In this document: positions 25,343-32,000 of the stretch, piece by piece
Numbering within the stretch: the stretch's first letter is position 1
Layout of the letters: each line of letters begins with the position of its first letter
Source: Acaryochloris marina MBIC11017
GTDB taxonomy: Bacteria; Cyanobacteriota; Cyanobacteriia; Thermosynechococcales; Thermosynechococcaceae
Assembly: GCF_000018105.1 (NCBI RefSeq)
Contig: NC_009925.1
Location: 5,580,001-5,612,000, forward strand
Length of the DNA: 32,000 bases
Direction of reading: 5' to 3'
The notes under the pieces: model-generated
Told to the model about the DNA's origin: nothing
Databases searched by the model: none
What the model saw: the letters and a program-made list of their open reading frames with translations, nothing else
Program-made: the position numbers and the translations under genes

Positions 25343-26716
25343 TCACTTCATAGAATCTGCTTGAGCACGATTCACCGTTTCAGCCTTTCTGTTTTGCTTA
25401 GGGATTGCTACGGAATTTTGAGGTTTCCCATTATGTGAATGAATGGATTGCTGTAGACTTCGGATCGCCTGCATGTATTGAGGATCATTAAAAGTAGCCA
25501 GTTGACTGGGATCCGAGTAAAGGGTTTGCAATTGCTCCGGCGTCAGCTTCACAGGAATATCAGGTGTAATTCCTTTGTGGCTAATATCAGTCCCGTTTGG
25601 AGTGAAGTACTGAGATACAGTAATCGCAACCCCTGAGCCATCCGATAGTTTGTGGACAGACTGTACTAAGGCCTTCCCAAACGTCGATGTTCCGATCACT
25701 TTTGCTCGATGGTTATCCTGTAAAGCCCCTGTCAGAATTTCGCTAGAACTTGCAGAATCTCCATCAACCAAGACCACCAAGGGGCGCTTGGTTAGTGCAG
25801 TGGGATGTGCCCGAATATCATCTTGCTTGCCTTTGCGATCAACCGTGTGAACGATAAATCCTCGATTTAGCCACATTTCAGCAATTTCGATACTGGCATT
25901 CAAAAGTCCTCCTGGATTCCCCCTTAAATCGAGCACAAAGCCGTCGACATTTTGAGCTTCCAGTTCTTTGATCGCCGTTTTCATTTGCTCGGAGGCATGA
26001 GCGCTAAACTCCAGCAACCGAATGTAGCCAACACGATTATTCCCTTCCTGTTTGATTTTGGTATGAACTGTAGGGAGTTCAATGACGTCTCGGGTAATAT
26101 TCAGGTCAAACGGATTTTGCCCAGCTCGACTGATCCGTAACTTGACTGCAGTATCAATCTCCCCTCGAATTAAACTGGAGGCATCTTTAAGATCCATGAC
26201 ATCAGTTTTGTTGCCATCGATAGCTAGGATACGATCTCCAACCTGTAAGCCAGCCTTTAATGCAGGGGCATTAGGTAACAGCTTAATGACTGTAATTGCA
26301 TTCGTCGCTTTATTCTGTTCTAACCGAATACCAATACCAGACAACTGACCTGAAGTTTGAGTTGTCAGAGCCTTAAACTCTTGAGGCGACATGAACCGTG
26401 TGTAGGGATCATCCAGTTCCGCTAAGGCTTTACGGAGGGCAGAATAAGCATGCTGTTTGGAAACATACTGCTCACCTAACAAAGTCTGACGAGTTGCCTG
26501 CCAATCCTTCTGATTAAAGGTACCGTCAACATAGTAGCGGTTGACTAACTGCCAAGCTTCATCCAGAACAACCTTTGGACTATCTTCAAGAGCAGCCTGG
26601 ACTTCACTCGTTAAACAAGGCTGTAACAAGGTAAAGGTCGTTGCTGGAACTAAGACGACACTTTTCAAAATCCCATGGCTACGAGTCGTCGAACGGAGCT
26701 TGAATGATTGATTCAT
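25343..26716 (-). CDS. Carboxyl-terminal processing protease (S41 family, PDZ domain)
   Basis: 457 aa. Conserved blocks are DPYTRFMSPQEF, a PDZ segment (PAPALKAGLQVGDRILAIDG), LDLRGNPGGLL and the catalytic region VVLVDGDSASSSEIL..TFGKALVQ (Ser/Lys dyad context). I cannot say which Ctp paralogue this is. Confidence 0.9.
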   Translation of the reverse strand: MNQSFKLRSTTRSHGILKSVVLVPATTFTLLQPCLTSEVQAALEDSPKVVLDEAWQLVNRYYVDGTFNQKDWQATRQTLLGEQYVSKQHAYSALRKALAELDDPYTRFMSPQEFKALTTQTSGQLSGIGIRLEQNKATNAITVIKLLPNAPALKAGLQVGDRILAIDGNKTDVMDLKDASSLIRGEIDTAVKLRISRAGQNPFDLNITRDVIELPTVHTKIKQEGNNRVGYIRLLEFSAHASEQMKTAIKELEAQNVDGFVLDLRGNPGGLLNASIEIAEMWLNRGFIVHTVDRKGKQDDIRAHPTALTKRPLVVLVDGDSASSSEILTGALQDNHRAKVIGTSTFGKALVQSVHKLSDGSGVAITVSQYFTPNGTDISHKGITPDIPVKLTPEQLQTLYSDPSQLATFNDPQYMQAIRSLQQSIHSHNGKPQNSVAIPKQNRKAETVNRAQADSMK

Positions 26717-26940
26717 ATACCGAAGAAGAAAGAATGGTTACCGAGGCCAAGCGTTCAAAGAAACCTGCCATCTTTGCCAAGGCAAAAAAGTGGGTACACT
26801 CACTGAACAGCTAACGCTATTGAATTGAAAATTTTTTACCCCGCTGCATTTGTCATTAGGATGGACAGAAAGAGCTAGAAACCATCACACCCACAAAAAA
26901 TTTCATAAACTCAGAACCAGCAAGCACATCTAGAGCAGAC

Positions 26941-27150
26941 TTACCAGCGGCCCGAAGAGCGTGCTAGACCTTTTAATCCTATTCTAGCCAGGCCTGCACA
27001 GAGAAGATGAGCCCGCCCCTTACCAAACTGGACACTAAGGGTTGGGGAATCAAATTCTTCCTCACAAACTACACATCGAGGCTTATTGGACCGGGTTAGT
27101 CGAGATTGTTGAAAGAGTCGCTTACGCCTTGCTCGTCGTCTTGGTGCCAT
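26941..27150 (-). CDS. Hypothetical small basic protein with CxxC...HxxC (69 aa from ATG 27150)
   Basis: The sequence is MAPRRRARRKRLFQQSRLTRSNKPRCVVCEEEFDSPTLSVQFGKGRAHLLCAG.. The N-terminus is Arg-rich, and Cys-x2-Cys with His-x2-Cys could form a small zinc knuckle. There is no SD and I recognise no family. The track ORF opens at 27213. Confidence 0.3.
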   Translation of the reverse strand: MAPRRRARRKRLFQQSRLTRSNKPRCVVCEEEFDSPTLSVQFGKGRAHLLCAGLARIGLKGLARSSGRW

Positions 27151-27520
27151 ATAGGAACTGAGTATCTGCAGATTGTCGTTAGACTTACCGCCATTGTATT
27201 GGATCGATCTCAAAAAGGCTGCTTAAGTCATATTCATACGCGATTACTACACCAATTCTCAGTGATTTCACGGTTATCGGATGGGTTAATTAAGAGAAAC
27301 GCCTACTGTTGTCGAGTCACCTAGAAACAGCTCAGCATCATTCACTCTAAACATGTGCTAGCTGTTATAGCATCTGGCTTGTGGCTCTTGCGCTAGATTT
27401 TTTATCTAACCTCTAGTCAAAAATAAAAAAACAAGAATCAGTGGTTATACGGTCGATGGGCCTTCTGGGAAAGAAGATACTAGGAAACATAGAAATTTTT
27501 CAAATCTCACTTTCTTAAGT

Positions 27521-28018
27521 ATGTTTTCCCAAACCAGCTCAACAGTGGTGAATCGCTTAGCATTTCTCAGAACAACCGATTTTCTGCAACATATTGAGAA
27601 TGAAGCTTTCTTAGAATGTTTAGCAGCAGACATGGAAGAGCGAACGTTTGAGGAGAATCAAGCCATCCTCCACAAAGGAGATCGAGAAAGATTAATCTTT
27701 TTCATAGTTGAAGGAAAAGTCAAAATTCATGTAGATGATATCAAAATGGCTGAGCTTTCACGGGGAGCCCATTTTGGGGATATCAATCTCTTTGATAGTC
27801 AGCCAGCCTCTGCAACTATCACTACAATTGAAGCCAGCAAATGTTTGGTTCTACATCAATCTAAACTACAAGCTGCATTGCAAAAGCATGCCGAAAGCAA
27901 GGCTGAGCTGGTTGCCAGCCTCTACCAGCGCCAGCAAAAGGCTCAAACCTCAACCTTTCAACAAAACGCACTCCAAAACTGGTGTACCAGAATCCAAAAC
28001 CCGAGTTGGGCCTATTAA
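27521..28018 (+). CDS. Stand-alone cyclic-nucleotide-binding (CNB/CAP-effector) domain protein, no DNA-binding domain
   Basis: 165 aa. The CNB pattern is FL..L....L..LA, ..ILHKGD..RLIFFIVEGKVKIH, and the phosphate-binding cassette region GAHFGDINLFDSQPASATITT. The C-terminus is a Gln-rich tail, not an HTH. Confidence 0.7.
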   Translation: MFSQTSSTVVNRLAFLRTTDFLQHIENEAFLECLAADMEERTFEENQAILHKGDRERLIFFIVEGKVKIHVDDIKMAELSRGAHFGDINLFDSQPASATITTIEASKCLVLHQSKLQAALQKHAESKAELVASLYQRQQKAQTSTFQQNALQNWCTRIQNPSWAY

Positions 28019-28098
28019 AACGCATAATTAAAACCCGGGTCCCTTCCGACAGCAATTAAATGTTTGAAGTGGACTAAAAACTTCAACTCGAATTTGTC

Positions 28099-28122
28099 GC
28101 TCCGGCATTTCTTTGCCGGAGC
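28099..28122. terminator. GC-rich hairpin between the convergent cNMP-domain gene and ilvC
   Basis: A 9-bp stem, gctccggca with tgccggagc, has a 6-nt loop. It is flanked by AATTTGTC and AAAATT, so only a weak T-tract is available on either strand. Confidence 0.4.
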
Positions 28123-28165
28123 AAAATTGCATAAAGGTTTCAGTGGAACTCAAACTAAGGGCTAA

Positions 28166-29206
<1,041 letters not shown>

Positions 29207-29285
29207 CTAATTCTACAATTAATCGCTGGTGAATCATACTACGAACACGTCAACAAAGAGCAACAAATTTCTGATGCTGTTGCTC

Positions 29286-29340
29286 AAAAAAGTGCGTTGT
29301 CCACCACAACAGCCACTGCCTCTTCTAAGGGAGGCAGCGG
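29286..29340 (-). terminator. Terminator region downstream of rpsU
   Basis: On the minus strand there is a hairpin ccgctgcctc/gaggcagtgg (29340-29313, one mismatch). A short hairpin gttgt/acaac (29310-29296) follows, then T6 (29291-29286). A further 8-bp hairpin lies at 29258-29285, in the ilvC upstream region. Confidence 0.45.
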
Positions 29341-29412
29341 CTTAAAAACTATTTGCTTGTTGCTTGGCTGCTGCAGTCAAAAAAACTGGACAGACTACTA
29401 GAAATGCATGCC

Positions 29413-29592
29413 CTAGCGAAAACGACGCTTACGACGAGTAGCGATGCGCTTACGCTTTTTCTTCTCTAAGGGGGTCTCAAAATGGCGTCGACGTTTTACA
29501 TCTGCCAAAATTCCGGCCTTTGAGACTTGACGCTTAAATCGTCGCAATGCAGATTCAATGCCTTCGTCTTCACCTAAAACCACCTGAACCAC
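29413..29592 (-). CDS. rpsU: 30S ribosomal protein S21
   Basis: [47 protein letters not shown] is canonical S21. I re-called the start to GTG 29592, preceded by AAGGAG (aaggagaagtcaagtaGTG), which gives 59 aa. The track's 81-aa version adds a non-homologous extension. Confidence 0.85.
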   Translation of the reverse strand: MVQVVLGEDEGIESALRRFKRQVSKAGILADVKRRRHFETPLEKKKRKRIATRRKRRFR

Positions 29593-29827
29593 TACTTGAC
29601 TTCTCCTTGATGTTGTTTCATTTACAATATTGACTTTCCTTTGAAGGTGATATTTCACCCTAGGGAATTGCTATCTATTCTACTGTTTTTTGGAGAAAAC
29701 CAGCCATTCCTATCCATTGCAAGCATACCCTCACAACAAGAATGGCGTCACATTCCTATGATTTGTTGCCTATCCAAAACAGAAGTGAAATAGATCAGAT
29801 TTTGAAGACTATTTTTGCAGAAGCCCC

Positions 29828-29852
29828 AGATATTGTGACCTCTGCAATATCT
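29828..29852 (-). promoter_or_regulatory. Hairpin immediately after the rbp stop codon (intercistronic, between rbp and rpsU)
   Basis: An 8-bp stem, agatattg (29828-29835) with caatatct (29845-29852), abuts the stop TAG (29855-29853). No U-tract follows, so it may be a partial terminator or an RNA stability or processing element. Confidence 0.35.
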
Positions 29853-30113
29853 CTACCAGGAAGGTTTGGGAGTACGAGGGCGAGCTTTGTTGACTTTTAA
29901 TTGGCGCCCCATCCACTCAGCACCATCTAGGTCTGCAATCGCAGCCTCTTCTTCTGAATCATTCTCCATATCCACAAATCCAAAACCGCGTTTGCGGCCT
30001 GTTTCCCGATCAACGGGAAGGTGAACTTTCACTACTTTGCCATACTCTGCAAATACGGCAGTCACGTCATCTTGGCTCGCTTCGTAGGATAAATTCCCAA
30101 CATAAATCGACAT
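29853..30113 (-). CDS. rbp: RRM-type RNA-binding protein (cyanobacterial Rbp, no glycine-rich tail)
   Basis: 86 aa. RNP2 is IYVGNL and RNP1 is RGFGFVDM. The protein ends ..KVNKARPRTPKPSW soon after the RRM. Confidence 0.9.
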   Translation of the reverse strand: MSIYVGNLSYEASQDDVTAVFAEYGKVVKVHLPVDRETGRKRGFGFVDMENDSEEEAAIADLDGAEWMGRQLKVNKARPRTPKPSW

Positions 30114-30423
30114 TAGTGTATCTCCAAAGGGCGGGTAAATAAGGGTAAACAGGAAATATCCTGTCTATTGTTGAACTAAAGGTGTAGCTTTACAGTCACA
30201 GCCAACACAGCAGAGGTTGTGGGCATCTAGACCTAAAGGGCGCGTTGCGGCATGATTTAGGTCAAAATGCTATAGCAATAAATACCTGCAGTAATTGGAC
30301 ATGATCTTGCCCCAAGGATTGATCGGAAAAGTTAGCATGGAACAATGGAATTAGACAATGTTGATCTAACTCTATCGCCTTTACCGCATTTTTCCTAATG
30401 CTTACCCACTCACTATTTTGAAC

Positions 30424-31491
30424 ATGAAGAAAGTTGTTGTTGGCCTCTCTGGAGGAGTGGATAGCTCCGTTGCCGCAGCGAGCCTTAAAGAAAAAGGATA
30501 TGAAGTCATTGGTCTTACCTTGTGGCTAATGCAAGGCAAGGGACAATGCTGTTCTGATGGTTTAGTGGATGCTGCTCAACTTTGCGAAGATCTAGATATT
30601 CCTCATCATGTGGTGGATAGCCGAGACCTATTTTCCAACAATATTATTGACTACCTAGTTGAGGGATATCAGCAGGGTATTACCCCTTTACCCTGCTCAC
30701 AATGCAATAAAACGGTTAAGTTTGGCCCCATGCTAAACTATGCCCGCCATGAACTTGATACAGATACGATTGCCACAGGTCATTACGCCCGGATCGCTTA
30801 CAGTGAGAAAGAAAAACGCTATCAGCTCCTGCGGGCTGTGGATCGAAATAAAGATCAATCCTATTTTCTCTACGATTTAGATCAAGATCTATTGAGTGGC
30901 ACCGTTTTTCCGTTGGGAGACCATACAAAAACCGAAACCCGCCGTATGGCGACCCAACTTGACCTTCATACAGCCGAGAAACCTGAAAGCCAGGACTTAT
31001 GTCTAATTGAGGCCCATGGTTCAATGCAAACGTTTTTGGATCAGTATATTGAGACCCATCCAGGAGAAATTGTTGACCAAGAGGGCAATATTCTTGGTCA
31101 TCACCAAGGGGTGCATCATTTCACGATTGGTCAACGGAGGGGGATTGGTGTAGCTGCTCCTCATCCGTTGTATGTGGTGGATTTAGATCCAGGAAAGAAT
31201 CGAGTCATTGTGGGAGATCGAGAAACGGCCCTTAAAACTGAATGTATGGTGAAACGGGTGAATTGGGTTTCAATTGCCCCTCCCCAAAATCCGATTCATG
31301 CTGAAGTTCAGGTTCGCTACCGGTCAAAACCAACAGGCGTTACTATTATCCCCCTGGATGCTGAAGCACCAGGTGGGCGAGTGAAGTTGGTGTTTGAGGA
31401 CCCCCAATTTGGTATCGCTCCAGGTCAAGCTGCGGTTTGGTATGACCAGGAAATCCTGTTGGGTGGAGGCATTATTGAGGCGTTCTCTTGA
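30424..31491 (+). CDS. mnmA: tRNA 2-thiouridine(34) synthase
   Basis: The PP-loop is [15 protein letters not shown]. The blocks [21 protein letters not shown] and DQSYFL are conserved. ATG 30424 is the likely start (the track opens at TTG 30418). Confidence 0.9.
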   Translation: MKKVVVGLSGGVDSSVAAASLKEKGYEVIGLTLWLMQGKGQCCSDGLVDAAQLCEDLDIPHHVVDSRDLFSNNIIDYLVEGYQQGITPLPCSQCNKTVKFGPMLNYARHELDTDTIATGHYARIAYSEKEKRYQLLRAVDRNKDQSYFLYDLDQDLLSGTVFPLGDHTKTETRRMATQLDLHTAEKPESQDLCLIEAHGSMQTFLDQYIETHPGEIVDQEGNILGHHQGVHHFTIGQRRGIGVAAPHPLYVVDLDPGKNRVIVGDRETALKTECMVKRVNWVSIAPPQNPIHAEVQVRYRSKPTGVTIIPLDAEAPGGRVKLVFEDPQFGIAPGQAAVWYDQEILLGGGIIEAFS

Positions 31492-31507
31492 TTTTGACGT
31501 TTGTGCG

Positions 31508-32000
31508 TTAAACTGCTGTACCCGACTGCATTAACGCTTGCATCGGCTGCCAATTGCAGATGTCCATTAATAGGGATTGATAGCCTTGGGGATTTGGATG
31601 TAAACCATCCGCTCCAAGCTGTAGATCACGCCAGTCTGATCCTCTTTGTTGCCAGATATCAAACAGATCCAAGAATGGAATTTGTCGTTCATGGCAGGCC
31701 AAGCGAGTCGCTTCATTATAGAGATGCTGATCGGCGTGGTTGTAATAAAATGCGTCCAAAAACGGCATTGCCTGTTCATTCACCGGTACCATACCGACAA
31801 ACAACACTGGGCAAAGCTCAACGGCGCGATCGAGCAGTTCTGCTAATTGATTTTGAAAATCTGAGAATGGAGTAAAACACCGACCGCCGAGACGACCCAG
31901 GCGAGCAGAATCATTCACCCCAACCGATAAGATAATTCGATCCGGGACCTGATGTCGCAGTTCCCCTCGATAACGAAATTCGCTTTCTAGCCGTCGCGCG
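31508..32000 (-). CDS. SGNH/GDSL-family hydrolase (5' end lies beyond the window)
   Basis: The track starts at GTG 31918, but my hand translation shows the frame stays open to the window edge (..ARRLESEFRYRGELRHQVPDRIILSVGVNDSARLG..). That gives SGNH block III (GVND), and block V is DGLHPN. The N-terminal GDS block would lie outside the window. Confidence 0.7.
   Translation of the reverse strand, partial: ARRLESEFRYRGELRHQVPDRIILSVGVNDSARLGRLGGRCFTPFSDFQNQLAELLDRAVELCPVLFVGMVPVNEQAMPFLDAFYYNHADQHLYNEATRLACHERQIPFLDLFDIWQQRGSDWRDLQLGADGLHPNPQGYQSLLMDICNWQPMQALMQSGTAV

Noticed and set aside
29593-29658. N-terminal 22-codon extension of the S21 ORF (the track's 81-aa version)
   Set aside because: S21 homology begins at VQVVLGEDE. 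An AAGGAG SD sits inside the extension at the right distance from GTG 29592, and the resulting 59 aa is the normal S21 length.

Overview
This window looks like a cyanobacterial chromosomal segment. Evidence: six perfect HIP1 octamers (GCGATCGC), psb28, an RRM-type rbp gene followed by rpsU, and a fused TIGR03960/TIGR03936-type radical SAM gene. I support 28 protein-coding genes. Recognisable housekeeping genes are rnz, dapB, psb28, a Ctp-type S41 protease, ilvC, rpsU, rbp, mnmA and a GH57 glycoside hydrolase. I found no rRNA, tRNA, CRISPR array, transposase, integrase or recognisable defence genes. Two parts look accessory. (1) 4.9-11.4 kb encodes a Spy/CpxP-like periplasmic protein, an orphan ABC-2 permease, an OmpR-type response regulator, a HAMP-less sensor kinase and two acidic low-complexity exported proteins. 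I propose, by inference only, that this is an envelope or metal-stress module. (2) 14.5-20.9 kb is a tightly packed minus-strand operon of four GT4 glycosyltransferases plus a Wzy/O-antigen-ligase-like membrane protein. It is AT-richer than its neighbours and contains no HIP1. Other points worth a second look: a ~1.3 kb very AT-rich gene-poor stretch (3.6-4.9 kb) holding an apparently frameshifted signal-peptide/basic-peptide ORF; a near-consensus CRP/NtcA-type palindrome at class-II spacing; 18-nt direct repeats; and a stand-alone cNMP-binding domain whose two key ligand-contact residues are substituted. I cannot show a clearly novel system from sequence alone, and every functional proposal needs the database or experimental checks listed. 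The ORF track uses TTG and GTG as starts, and I re-called several starts by hand.
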